A program made the position numbers and the translations under genes. Below are positions 38,100 to 47,224 of a stretch of DNA of 64,000 nucleotides, piece after piece. The notes beneath the pieces are model-generated. The model searched no databases. It had not been told where the DNA came from and saw nothing but the letters and a program-made list of their open reading frames with translations. Positions within the stretch are counted from its first letter, which is position 1. Each line of letters starts with the position of its first letter. Where the stretch lies: contig JBAZKU010000001.1 of the NCBI GenBank assembly GCA_041650615.1, forward strand, positions 386,360-450,359, written 5' to 3'. This DNA is from Minisyncoccota bacterium. Lineage in GTDB: Bacteria > Patescibacteriota > Minisyncoccia > Phycocordibacterales > UBA9973.

Positions 38100-38642
38100 T
38101 TAGACCTTTTTTACTTGTAAAAAGTCTAATTCCACCGGAGTCTCACGACCGAATATTGAAACAAGCACTTTTATTTTTCCACGTTCATTATCAACAGAAT
38201 TTACCTTGCCTTCAAGATCTTTAAAAGGTCCATCCACAATCAAAACTGTTTCATCTATGGCAATATCAATATTGTGTTTAATTGTACCTGTATCCATTTT
38301 CTTAAACAGATATTCAACTTCTTCGCTTTTCAATGGAACTGGATTTACTCCAGCGCCGACGAATCCTGTAACCCGTGGAGTATTGCGAACAACATACCAA
38401 GAATCATCTGTCACAATCATATCCACAAGCACATAGCCAGGATAAATTTTTTCCTCCACTTCCACACGCTTGCCCGCTTTTATTTTTATTTTTTTTTCAA
38501 TTGGTACAATAACATTGAAAATTTTGTCATTCATGCCCAGAGAATCAATACGCTGCTTCAAATTGCGAAGAACAACGTTTTCGTATCCGGCATAAGTATG
38601 GATAGCATACCAATTTCTAGTACCTTGTGTTTCTTGTTTCAT
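38100..38642 (-). CDS. nusG: transcription termination/antitermination factor NusG
   Basis: NGN domain WYAIHTYAGYENVV, KOW motif. Confidence 0.9.
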   Translation of the reverse strand: MKQETQGTRNWYAIHTYAGYENVVLRNLKQRIDSLGMNDKIFNVIVPIEKKIKIKAGKRVEVEEKIYPGYVLVDMIVTDDSWYVVRNTPRVTGFVGAGVNPVPLKSEEVEYLFKKMDTGTIKHNIDIAIDETVLIVDGPFKDLEGKVNSVDNERGKIKVLVSIFGRETPVELDFLQVKKV

Positions 38643-38648
38643 GTTAAT

Positions 38649-38834
38649 TTAGAAAGAAATTATTTTTTGCAAGCCTTGTAAGAAAATAAAATCAAAAATG
38701 CCTAAAAAATAGGCTACTAGAACAGATAATACAACCACAATTAGAGTATAATAAATAGTTTGACGTCTGTTTGGCCAAATTACATGTTTTAATTCTGTTT
38801 TTGTTTCTTTTAAATATTCGGTAATTTTTGACAT
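38649..38834 (-). CDS. secE: preprotein translocase subunit SecE
   Basis: 61 aa, single TM, secE-nusG-rplK order. Confidence 0.8.
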   Translation of the reverse strand: MSKITEYLKETKTELKHVIWPNRRQTIYYTLIVVVLSVLVAYFLGIFDFIFLQGLQKIISF

Positions 38835-38842
38835 TTTTTAAA

Positions 38843-38870
38843 AAAGCCCCCTTTCAAGGGCTTTTTTAAT
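38843..38870. terminator. terminator hairpin AGCCCCCTTTCAAGGGCTTTTTT
   Basis: 3' of the SIMPL gene and before secE. Confidence 0.55.
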
Positions 38871-38903
38871 ATTACTCTTTTCTTAGAAATAGTCAACCCA
38901 TGC

Positions 38904-39698
38904 TTACTTTATTTCGTAAGTAATCGTGACATCCGAACTGATTGTATTTTCTCCTTTCGGTATTTCAACCGGAGCCGGGACAGACTCGCTAACACTATCC
39001 ATCGTTGCCTTAGCACTATACATCACTGGATAATTGCCGGACTCGCTAAAGGAAGTAATCTTTCCTAGTCGAACGCCTAAATCTTTAGCCAAAATTTTTG
39101 CTTTTTCTTTGGCATTATCAATTGCTTTTTTTCTGGCTTCTGCTTTTAGTGTATCCTCATTATCTATGGAAAAATTAGGTCCGCTTAAATCAGAAACGCC
39201 TAGCGTGCCAAGTCCCTGCATAATTTTACCTACATCATCAGTATTCCTAACTTTTACGGTTATACTTTCAGATGCGGTATAACCAACAATAACTCTTTTC
39301 TCGGGTCTGGTCGAATAACTATATTCCGTATAGGGTATTGCTGCTTTGGTATTGTATTGATATTCGTATTTTGGATAAAAAGAAGCATTAGTGGTTTTAA
39401 TATCTTTATCAGGAATATTATTCTCTTTCAAAAAATCCAGAGATTTCTTCTCAATTTCTGCAACCAGAGTTTGGGCTTCTTTGACTGTTTTAGCATCTTG
39501 ACTGATAGTGAAATAAATATTAGCAATATCGGGAACTGCTGTAACCTCTCCGTGTCCAGAAAAAGATATTGTATTTTCCGGTCTATTGTTATTTTTATTT
39601 TCAGCTAAAAAACTAACCGCAATGGCAACTAAAAAAGCGATTAAGGCAATTTCAAACCCGCGATATAATTTTATTTTGAGTTCCGTTGATATATTCAT
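38904..39698 (-). CDS. SIMPL-domain (DUF541) secreted/periplasmic protein
   Basis: N-terminal TM/signal, typical SIMPL length, charged C-terminal pattern. Confidence 0.6.
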   Translation of the reverse strand: MNISTELKIKLYRGFEIALIAFLVAIAVSFLAENKNNNRPENTISFSGHGEVTAVPDIANIYFTISQDAKTVKEAQTLVAEIEKKSLDFLKENNIPDKDIKTTNASFYPKYEYQYNTKAAIPYTEYSYSTRPEKRVIVGYTASESITVKVRNTDDVGKIMQGLGTLGVSDLSGPNFSIDNEDTLKAEARKKAIDNAKEKAKILAKDLGVRLGKITSFSESGNYPVMYSAKATMDSVSESVPAPVEIPKGENTISSDVTITYEIK

Positions 39699-39807
39699 CC
39701 CGTTTAGAAATCATACTATTTATACACATATTTTTATATATAAAAATAGTTGATTTATATTAAATTTATAACTTATTCCCGTTTTGTAAATTTCTAACGG
39801 GATTCAT
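39693..39807. mobile_element. MITE-like element, family 1 copy B: TIRs CCCGTTTAGAAAT/ATTTCTAACGGG, direct repeat ATTCAT, fused to the SIMPL gene start
   Basis: ATTCAT at 39693-39698 and 39802-39807; TIRs 39699-39711 and 39790-39801. Confidence 0.5.
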
Positions 39808-39845
39808 ATATTTTACCCGCATCACCTACGGGATAATCTATTAAT

Positions 39846-40241
39846 TTAATTAATTTTTAAAATTTCAACCTCAAAATTAATTGTCGCGTTCGGAGGAATT
39901 ACTCCACCTGCCCCAGTCTCCCCATAAGCATCTTCAGGCGGGATTTTGAGAGATTTTTTTTCGCCAATTTTCATCCCCACTATTCCTTTTTCCCAACCAG
40001 GAATAACCTGTCCGGCTCCCAATTTAAAGATAAAAGGCTCTACGTGTCCGAATTTTGGATCAATATTGGAATCAAAAACGGTTCCATCCTCCAATGTTCC
40101 CGTATAATTTACAGAAACAGTATCTCCTACTTTTGTAACTTGTTCTTCTGGCATTGTATTTTTATTATTAATTGTAATAAAGACTAAAATTCCTATAACA
40201 ATAATTACTATCAAAGACCACCAAATTATATTTTTATTCAT
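39846..40241 (-). CDS. FKBP-type peptidyl-prolyl cis-trans isomerase, membrane-anchored
   Basis: GDTVSVNYTGTLEDGTVFDSN...GAGQVIPGWEKGIVGMKIGEKK. Confidence 0.85.
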   Translation of the reverse strand: MNKNIIWWSLIVIIVIGILVFITINNKNTMPEEQVTKVGDTVSVNYTGTLEDGTVFDSNIDPKFGHVEPFIFKLGAGQVIPGWEKGIVGMKIGEKKSLKIPPEDAYGETGAGGVIPPNATINFEVEILKIN

Positions 40242-40328
40242 ATTTCTCTTTTCAATCTTAGGTTGGTCCCGCCTTCAGCGGAAAAAACCTATCTTATAAT
40301 AATAGGTTAATTATACACGAGAATTTCG

Positions 40329-41342
40329 TTAAATCAAATTCACCTCTTTTTCAAGCATTAAACCGAACTTGGAATAGACTGAAGCGATTATTTGTTCGGA
40401 TAAATTTTTTACTTCTTCTCCGGTAGCTCCGCCATAATTTACCAACACCAATGCCTGACGTTCATGCACACCTACATTTCCTACCCTTTTCCCTTTCCAC
40501 CCGCATTGTTCAATCAGCCAACCGGCTGGAATTTTCATTATTCCATTCTCTTCAAAAAAAGGCATATCTGGATAGGTTAAAAGTAAACTATTTATTTTTT
40601 CCTTTGTCACAAAAACATTTTTAAAAAAGCTTCCGGCATTGCCAATAATGGCAGGATTGGGTAATTTACTTTTGCGTATAAAAGAAACAGCATCGCTTAT
40701 ATCTTTAGAATTTTTGATTTCAATTTTATTTTTTTCCAGATATTCTTGCAAGGCTTTATAATTTATATTTTCATTTCTCTTTTTATCCAATTTCAAGGTA
40801 ACGCTTGCAATAAAATATTTTCCTTTTAATTTATTTTTAAAAATACTTTCACGATAACCAAATTCGCATTCTTTTTTGTTAAAAATCCTTTTTTCTCCTG
40901 TTTCTATTTCATACGCTTCAACATTTTCCAAAACATCTTTCAGCTCCGCCCCATATGCCCCGATGTTTTGCACAGGCGTAGCTCCGACTGTCCCGGGAAT
41001 AAGAGATAAATTTTCAATTCCCCAAAGTCCGCGGTCAACCGTAAATATGACCAAAGCATGCCACATTTCTCCTCCCATGGATTTTATAAAAACATTTTCA
41101 GGAGTTTCATTGATTATTTCTATCCCTTTCAATTTATTTAAAACAACAATTCCGTCAAAATTTTTGGTAAATAAAATATTACTTCCTCCGCCTAAAAATA
41201 ATTTTTCGCTATTTTTAAATTCCGGAGACTCAAAAAGTTCTTTTAAATCAGATTCGTTATTTAATTCAATAAAAAACTTGGCCCGGACAGATATTCCGAA
41301 GGTGTTCAATTTGATTAAATCGTAATTCTTGGCTATTTTCAT
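40329..41342 (-). CDS. murB: UDP-N-acetylenolpyruvoylglucosamine reductase
   Basis: FAD-binding LGGGSNILF, family length and order of motifs. Confidence 0.85.
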   Translation of the reverse strand: MKIAKNYDLIKLNTFGISVRAKFFIELNNESDLKELFESPEFKNSEKLFLGGGSNILFTKNFDGIVVLNKLKGIEIINETPENVFIKSMGGEMWHALVIFTVDRGLWGIENLSLIPGTVGATPVQNIGAYGAELKDVLENVEAYEIETGEKRIFNKKECEFGYRESIFKNKLKGKYFIASVTLKLDKKRNENINYKALQEYLEKNKIEIKNSKDISDAVSFIRKSKLPNPAIIGNAGSFFKNVFVTKEKINSLLLTYPDMPFFEENGIMKIPAGWLIEQCGWKGKRVGNVGVHERQALVLVNYGGATGEEVKNLSEQIIASVYSKFGLMLEKEVNLI

Positions 41343-41362
41343 ATTTTAATTATGACATATTT

Positions 41363-41926
41363 TTACTCCCTAAGCACAATAATAGAATTGCCATTATTAA
41401 GTTTAATGAGTTTTGATGCTTCCCCTTTTAATTCTCCTCCGTCTATGTATAAATCAATAGAATTCCCAAAATATTTTTTTGCCTCTTTGATATTTAGGGC
41501 AGGAGTAATCCCCTCTTTATTTGCGGATGGCGCTAAAAGCGGACCAGTTTTTAAAAGTAAGTTTTGCAAAAACTCAGACAAAGGCAGACGAAATGCCAAT
41601 GTTTTTGTGCCACGGTGTAGGTATTTAAATGAATCATCAGGACAATCTAAAATAACACTCACTGGCCCGGGCCAATATTCTTTAGTTATTTCTTTCTGCT
41701 TTTTAGACAAAACTACTGAAAATTTATTCAGTTCATCAATATTCCCTATTAATATAATACAGGGCTTATCAGGACTTCTTTCACGTATTTTATAAATACG
41801 CTCTACTACATCTTTATTAAAAGCTTTTCCAACAATTCCATAAATAGTATCAGTAGGCATGACTACAACATCATTTTCATTTAAAACTTTTATAAGATTT
41901 TCATCATTCCAAATATTTTCATTCAT
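41363..41926 (-). CDS. tsaC: L-threonylcarbamoyladenylate synthase TsaC (YrdC/Sua5)
   Basis: VVVMPTDTIYG, APSANKEG. Confidence 0.85.
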   Translation of the reverse strand: MNENIWNDENLIKVLNENDVVVMPTDTIYGIVGKAFNKDVVERIYKIRERSPDKPCIILIGNIDELNKFSVVLSKKQKEITKEYWPGPVSVILDCPDDSFKYLHRGTKTLAFRLPLSEFLQNLLLKTGPLLAPSANKEGITPALNIKEAKKYFGNSIDLYIDGGELKGEASKLIKLNNGNSIIVLRE

Positions 41927-41934
41927 AAAATGAA

Positions 41935-42423
41935 TTACTTTAATTTAAATTCTCTTTGTTTATTATTCTTATGATTGATATAAATAAATTTTGAATGTTT
42001 CGGCATGGCTTTAGATATTCTTTCCGGCCATTCAATAAAAATTAAATGTTCCTTATTGTTAATAATTTCTTCCCAGCCTAAATGTAACAACTCTTTTTCA
42101 TTTTCCAAACGATAGACATCAAAGTGGAAAAAAAATTTATAATCTTTCAGCCCAATCGGGTATTTTTTCATAATCACATAAGTCGGACTGAAAACTTTGT
42201 CTTTTATTCCGAGATGTTTAGCTATAGCTTTTGTAAACGCCGTTTTCCCGGCACCTAAATCCCCGGAAAGACCCACAATCAAAGCGCCTCGTGACCTTTT
42301 TTCATTTTTTAACAACTTATTAAGAAATATTTTGGCTATTTTTTCGGTTTCTTTTATACTTTTTGAAAGCATCGTTTTTATATTAGCACATATGGAGTAT
42401 ATTTTGAAATTGGGGTAATTCAA
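41935..42423 (-). CDS. tsaE: tRNA t6A biosynthesis ATPase TsaE (YjeE)
   Basis: GDLGAGKTAFTKAIAKHLG; TTG start in track, ATG (MLSKS) 17 codons in. Confidence 0.8.
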   Translation of the reverse strand: MNYPNFKIYSICANIKTMLSKSIKETEKIAKIFLNKLLKNEKRSRGALIVGLSGDLGAGKTAFTKAIAKHLGIKDKVFSPTYVIMKKYPIGLKDYKFFFHFDVYRLENEKELLHLGWEEIINNKEHLIFIEWPERISKAMPKHSKFIYINHKNNKQREFKLK

Positions 42424-42435
42424 TGAAATAAAAAA

Positions 42436-42470
42436 GGGCTGTCAGTTTATAAACTGACAGCCCTTGTTGT
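42436..42470. terminator. rho-independent terminator of the secretin operon (GGGCTGTCAGTTTATAAACTGACAGCCC, then U-run on the minus strand)
   Basis: 28-nt perfect hairpin followed by T6 in gene orientation. Confidence 0.7.
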
Positions 42471-42515
42471 TTGTCGTTAACAAAATTTTTTTAAGTTAAC
42501 GAACGATTTAAAGAA

Positions 42516-43853
42516 CTATTGAATGACTCTCGGTGTAACAAAAACTACCAATTCCGTATCTTCTTGCGATTTTTTCAAACCGCCGAATACGGTGCTCCCA
42601 AGAGCCGGTATAGACGAAAGTCCAGGAATCCCATCCGCGTTATCTTGCTTACTCTGCATTAAAAGTCCACCAATGGCAATTGTTTTGCCATTTTCGACTC
42701 TAATAGTTGTCGTTTCCGACCTACGAGCAGTACTGGGAAGATTCTGAGAGCTGCCATTGTTCTCAAATTTTCTTTCCCCGATGATATCGGAGATTTCATG
42801 GTTGAGAACTATTCTCAACATTCCATCGCGAGAAATAAAAGGTTTGACCTTCATTTTGATGCCTGTTTCCACTTCTTTTGTAGTGAAATAGTTATAAAAG
42901 GCACCACCCCCAGAAAGAATTAAGTATAAGTCTTCCTGGGTTATTTTGATCTCCCCTTCACTTCCGTCTTCTACCACTATCCGCGGTTCAGCAATTATGT
43001 TCATCTTGGCTTCATAGCCATTGGCTTTTAATAAATTGCTTAATTGCCCAGTGAGATTTCCCACAAAAATACCGGGGACTTCTTTTTTGAACTCTCCTGT
43101 TCCTAGTGCGCCGAGGTTAATATCCCCCCATTGCATTCCAAGATTAGTCCCCTTGCTCCATTGAAATAAAACAAATCGCACCGAAACTTCAATTTGTCGT
43201 TTTGTTTTATCAATTATAGCAATAACCTTCTCCAATTCATCCAGTACGTCCGATGGTCCAGTTAAAGTTAGACTGTTCCCGGTTTTTGAAGGAGACATAT
43301 ACTGTTTATAATATTCCGAAATTTGATCCACTACTTTTATGGCTTCCTGATTAGTTGTGATAACTCTTGTACTGGAAAGTTGGCCAAAATTCAAATTTTC
43401 TGGGATAGCTTTTCCTACTATATAATAACCTTCCATACAGCGAAAATTAAATCCGCCGACAGAAAGAACCTGAGTAAGAGCAGCCTCCAAAGGGGTATTA
43501 ATAAAGGAAACAGAAATCGTTCCTTGAACCGATTCATCAACAATGATATTGGTTTTCGTCTGTGTAGCAATATCTAATAAAACTTCTTTTATATCAGATC
43601 CGGTGAAAACATTTGTGACTTTGGGCTGAGACTTCAGCCGTTCGTTTCTCTTTTTTTTGATTTCCGAATATTTTTCTTCCGCTTTTTTGGCTTCAGCTGA
43701 TTCAAGCTCTTGAATTTGCTTTGTGGTCAACGTTGGCTGAGACTTGATCGGAAGCATTTTTGGAAGCGCTTCCGGTTTGGTAAGATTGCTTGAGCAACCC
43801 ACCAAAAGAGTGATAGTTGAAAAAATTAACAAACCCATAAATAGGTTTTTCAT
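42516..43853 (-). CDS. secretin-family outer-membrane channel lipoprotein (short PilQ/GspD/RcpA-like)
   Basis: Lipobox LVGCSS; C-terminal secretin motif TIAIGGLLMQSKQDNADGIPGLSSIPALGSTVFG...ELVVFVTPRVIQ. Confidence 0.7.
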   Translation of the reverse strand: MKNLFMGLLIFSTITLLVGCSSNLTKPEALPKMLPIKSQPTLTTKQIQELESAEAKKAEEKYSEIKKKRNERLKSQPKVTNVFTGSDIKEVLLDIATQTKTNIIVDESVQGTISVSFINTPLEAALTQVLSVGGFNFRCMEGYYIVGKAIPENLNFGQLSSTRVITTNQEAIKVVDQISEYYKQYMSPSKTGNSLTLTGPSDVLDELEKVIAIIDKTKRQIEVSVRFVLFQWSKGTNLGMQWGDINLGALGTGEFKKEVPGIFVGNLTGQLSNLLKANGYEAKMNIIAEPRIVVEDGSEGEIKITQEDLYLILSGGGAFYNYFTTKEVETGIKMKVKPFISRDGMLRIVLNHEISDIIGERKFENNGSSQNLPSTARRSETTTIRVENGKTIAIGGLLMQSKQDNADGIPGLSSIPALGSTVFGGLKKSQEDTELVVFVTPRVIQ

Positions 43854-45130
43854 TTAGGCCTCTCTTTCTTTGTGATTTTTTTTGTGATTTTGGATTTTTC
43901 TTCCACTGATAAACTTATTTCTGAAACCAACCCTCTGTCAGGTTTCACAATAATTGTCGTCCTTTTTGGAGACTTACCATCATTGGAAACAATTAGTTTT
44001 ACATCTTTACTCTTCCCTGGTTCAATGGTTAAGCTTTGTGGCTCAACCTTAATCCAAGAATCAGAAACAAAAGAAACATTAATTGGCCGACAGTCGCTGT
44101 TAAAAACTTTGACTACCTTTGTTCTTAATGCTCCGACAGGAATCTGTATATCAACTTTTTTCTCAACAACCAGAAATCCGGTTTTATTTTCGTCAATGTG
44201 AACTTTTCGATTAATTGAGAAGGCTGTTTGGGAAATTGCCTTTTTGACTTTATTCCCATAATCAAACATTACATCAACTACATACTTACCTTTTGGTAAT
44301 TTTTTATCCCAGACTCCGATAAAATTTCTCTCGTCGCCCGGAAAAGTAAATACTTCATCTTTTGGATTTCCCATAGCCAGCAATTTTACCTGGCCGAAAT
44401 TCGTTCTTTTGTCTTCACTTCTGATAATTGCTATACCAGAAACAAAAAGATGAGAATTGCCGATATTTCTGAAAGTCGAAACAATTAGAGTTTTTTCCGC
44501 GAGTTGTTCAAAATTTGGCAACGCGTAGAACAACTGATGATCATCTTTGTAACTACCACTTATTGTCTCGTTTTTGATTTCCTGAATCAATTCTTTATTG
44601 ACAGGGATCATTTCCGCTGAACTAGCCTGAGCTTTTTTTTCATAAATTCTACCCGGCACGTTTAAGATAATGGCAACGTAAATTCTTGATTTGAAATATA
44701 TTGCCATAGGTTTGTCTTTAACCTCTATCCTGGTCGCACCTACTGGTTCAATCATAATAATTGAATAATATTCGCCAGGTTGAGCATTCAGTGGTACAGA
44801 GATTTTAAATTTTAGTTCTTTTTTTTGACCCTCGCTTAAAGCAAGTCTTGTTTCGTCTAATTTAATCCACGATACAGCTGAAAATTTGGAATTACCCATT
44901 TTTTCAAAAGTATAAACACCCATCTTGTTGATTGATAAATCAGTCGGATAAATCATTAGGTTTTCGGTATTCATTCCCTTAGACCCAGTGACAGTTAAAG
45001 TAATATTTTGACTTTGTCCTCTTGGAATTGTTAATTCCACTTTTACAGGACTCACTTTAACAGCCTTAGCTATATTTATCAGCGACAGACAAAAAAACAA
45101 CAATATAATGTTCTTTATGAATTTCTTCAC
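43850..45130 (-). CDS. secreted beta-rich protein with two Ig-like halves (possible periplasmic chaperone-like component)
   Basis: Signal peptide; VSPVKVELTIPRGQSQNITLTVTGS; 4-nt overlap with the secretin gene. Confidence 0.4.
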   Translation of the reverse strand: MKKFIKNIILLFFCLSLINIAKAVKVSPVKVELTIPRGQSQNITLTVTGSKGMNTENLMIYPTDLSINKMGVYTFEKMGNSKFSAVSWIKLDETRLALSEGQKKELKFKISVPLNAQPGEYYSIIMIEPVGATRIEVKDKPMAIYFKSRIYVAIILNVPGRIYEKKAQASSAEMIPVNKELIQEIKNETISGSYKDDHQLFYALPNFEQLAEKTLIVSTFRNIGNSHLFVSGIAIIRSEDKRTNFGQVKLLAMGNPKDEVFTFPGDERNFIGVWDKKLPKGKYVVDVMFDYGNKVKKAISQTAFSINRKVHIDENKTGFLVVEKKVDIQIPVGALRTKVVKVFNSDCRPINVSFVSDSWIKVEPQSLTIEPGKSKDVKLIVSNDGKSPKRTTIIVKPDRGLVSEISLSVEEKSKITKKITKKERPK

Positions 45131-45140
45131 TTTTACCTCC

Positions 45141-45734
45141 TTAGAGTTTTGTTAGTGTTAGGTTAAGAACAGCCAAATATTCTCCGGCATCATCCGAAAG
45201 TTTGTTGTTGATCGGTTTTGATACTGTCTGAATTTTTAAATCCAAATAAAGATTAAACGGTTGTTCAAGAATAGTTGGAAAAACAGGAATTTCAAGAAGA
45301 ACAATTTGTTCGGCGGTTTTGTTCTCAAATAAAATCGGTTCTGCCATATTCGGAGAATATATTTTCCCTGAAAATAGTATTACTAATTTATCAAAAGAAT
45401 TTTTTCCGCCTGAATTACTTTTTTCTTCTCTGGATAAAACAGGAACAGGACTTCCCGGACTATTGCCGGAAAAAACCACTTTGTGCGGACCAAATAAATT
45501 TTCGGCCAATACAATTCCTATTTTTTCTGAAATTACTACATCTCCCGGCTTGTTAATGTTCGCTAATTTGATTTGTTCTTGCGAAAGCAAGCTGAAAGAA
45601 AAAATAAAAAAACACAAAATAAAAGCGAAACTTTTATTTTTCACTATAATCACTCCTTTCTTTATGTGTATTATTATGTCAAAGATCTTATAATTTACTT
45701 GTGGATAATAGCATAATATATACCTAATTGTCAA
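45141..45734 (-). CDS. secreted protein with SCPU-like C-terminal motif (AGEYLAVLNLTLTKL)
   Basis: Hydrophobic signal; C-terminus paralogous to the 45854 gene (AG-x-Y ... T-x-T-L). Confidence 0.4.
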   Translation of the reverse strand: MTIRYILCYYPQVNYKIFDIIIHIKKGVIIVKNKSFAFILCFFIFSFSLLSQEQIKLANINKPGDVVISEKIGIVLAENLFGPHKVVFSGNSPGSPVPVLSREEKSNSGGKNSFDKLVILFSGKIYSPNMAEPILFENKTAEQIVLLEIPVFPTILEQPFNLYLDLKIQTVSKPINNKLSDDAGEYLAVLNLTLTKL

Positions 45735-45853
45735 TAGCTTTTAAATAAACTCTTTTAAAGTAAAAAATAAAAAAAGCGTTCCAATTGGAACGCTTTATAT
45801 AAAAACAAGCAAGGGAACAGATAAAGGGAATCAGCAATACAGGGTGAAAAATT

Positions 45854-46498
45854 TTAAAACGCGCCGAGTGTGACAGTCATATTACATGTATAATTACCGG
45901 CGTCGGCCGATTTATCCCATGTGTAGGCAGGGTTGATTAAAGTTTGTCTTACTGGAACAGCTTCACTAGCGATAGTTGCATTAGCCCAAATATTCAGATC
46001 CATTTTAACTTGACCATTGTGCGGTGCTTCGGCATATTGTTTGGTATATGGGAATTGATGAGCTCCCTGAAGCCAAGTGCCATAGAAGAGATTCGATACG
46101 CCGTTGGTCGTAAAATAGATGGAATAAAGAGTCGGAATGACATCATAGCCATTAGAATGCGGTCCAACTTCTTGCCGAGCGAATCGTGGTTTTCCCTGAC
46201 CCGCCGGATTATCACCTGCTACGGTAACTGAAAATGGACAATTAGCATAAGCTATATTCCAACTTTGCGGCGAGGTATTGTAGTACCACTCTTCATTGCC
46301 ATAATAAGACTGATGTGTGGTAGTACCAAGATTCACATTAACCGGGCCGGGCATAGTTTCAATATATTCATTGAGATACAACGACAGATTAATAGTGGTA
46401 CTTTTGGGTGCCTGAGCGAAACAAGTACTTGCGACCAATAAAATAGCCGCCAAAACCGTGAGGATTTTGAATGTCGTTTTCATAAAACATCCTTTCAT
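45854..46498 (-). CDS. secreted protein with SCPU-like C-terminal motif (DAGNYTCNMTVTLGAF), C-terminal Phe
   Basis: Sec signal with AxA site (CFA-QA); candidate fibre subunit. Confidence 0.4.
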   Translation of the reverse strand: MKGCFMKTTFKILTVLAAILLVASTCFAQAPKSTTINLSLYLNEYIETMPGPVNVNLGTTTHQSYYGNEEWYYNTSPQSWNIAYANCPFSVTVAGDNPAGQGKPRFARQEVGPHSNGYDVIPTLYSIYFTTNGVSNLFYGTWLQGAHQFPYTKQYAEAPHNGQVKMDLNIWANATIASEAVPVRQTLINPAYTWDKSADAGNYTCNMTVTLGAF

Positions 46499-46738
46499 AA
46501 AAGTTTGTTAAACTGTGTGAATGTGGAAAAGTGAGCCTGTTCCCTGCTTATTGTTTTTTTGCTTGTTATTTAAAGATATTTAAAAGAGCCATTCCCATTA
46601 AGTATATTATACAAATACAAAAATTTGTCAAGAGGGTCTGAATATTCCCTACTTTTTATGTAATTAGAAGAAATTATCAAATTGGGTGCCTACACCCACA
46701 CCTATATTTTTATAGTCATAAATCATATAATAGAATGC

Positions 46739-46993
46739 ATGTTTTATGTTTATATTTTAAAAAGTAAAAAAGATGATAATATTTATTTTGGTTCAACTGA
46801 CGATTTACGACGCAGACTTTTAGAACATAATACTGGTAGGGTTCAATCTACTAAAGGTCGCCGTCCTTTTGAACTTAGATATTACGAATCATATTTCAAT
46901 GAAGCTGAAGCTAGAAAAAGAGAAGCTTCTTTAAAGAAGGACGGCAGAGCACTAGCCCAACTTAAAATTAGGATTTCTAAAAGTCTGCAATAA
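46739..46993 (+). CDS. GIY-YIG nuclease family protein (stand-alone, about 84 aa)
   Basis: FYVYILKS...NIYFGSTDDLRRRLLEHN.G...STKGRRPFELRYYE; leaderless-type start (TATAAT, 7 nt, ATG). Confidence 0.75.
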   Translation: MFYVYILKSKKDDNIYFGSTDDLRRRLLEHNTGRVQSTKGRRPFELRYYESYFNEAEARKREASLKKDGRALAQLKIRISKSLQ

Positions 46994-47007
46994 AAACATT
47001 GGTGTGG

Positions 47008-47079
47008 GTGCCTATCGAGATTTGAACTCGAACTGAGGGTTCCACAAACCCTAGTGCTAACCGTTACACCATAGGCACC
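47008..47079 (-). tRNA. tRNA-His (GUG) with encoded G-1
   Basis: Anticodon loop TTGTGGA; extra 5' G pairs with discriminator C73; T-arm TCGAG-TTCAAAT-CTCGA. Confidence 0.75.
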
Positions 47080-47224
47080 ATACGTTGCTATTTATACCAA
47101 AAAAGATAGATAAAAGCCACTTTAAAAAATTATAAAAATTAAAAGATTTTAAGAGTCGTGTTGGTCCCCTGTCCTTATGTCCCCGAGGGCGAAGGCTCAG
47201 AAATCTTTTGAATTTTTGTAATTT

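Noticed and set aside
47150-47215. GC-rich patch (GGTCCCCTGTCCTTATGTCCCCGAGGGCGAAGGCTC) 3' of the adenosyltransferase gene
   Set aside because: No convincing stem-loop or similarity to the other repeat families beyond the short CCTGTCC string; noted only.
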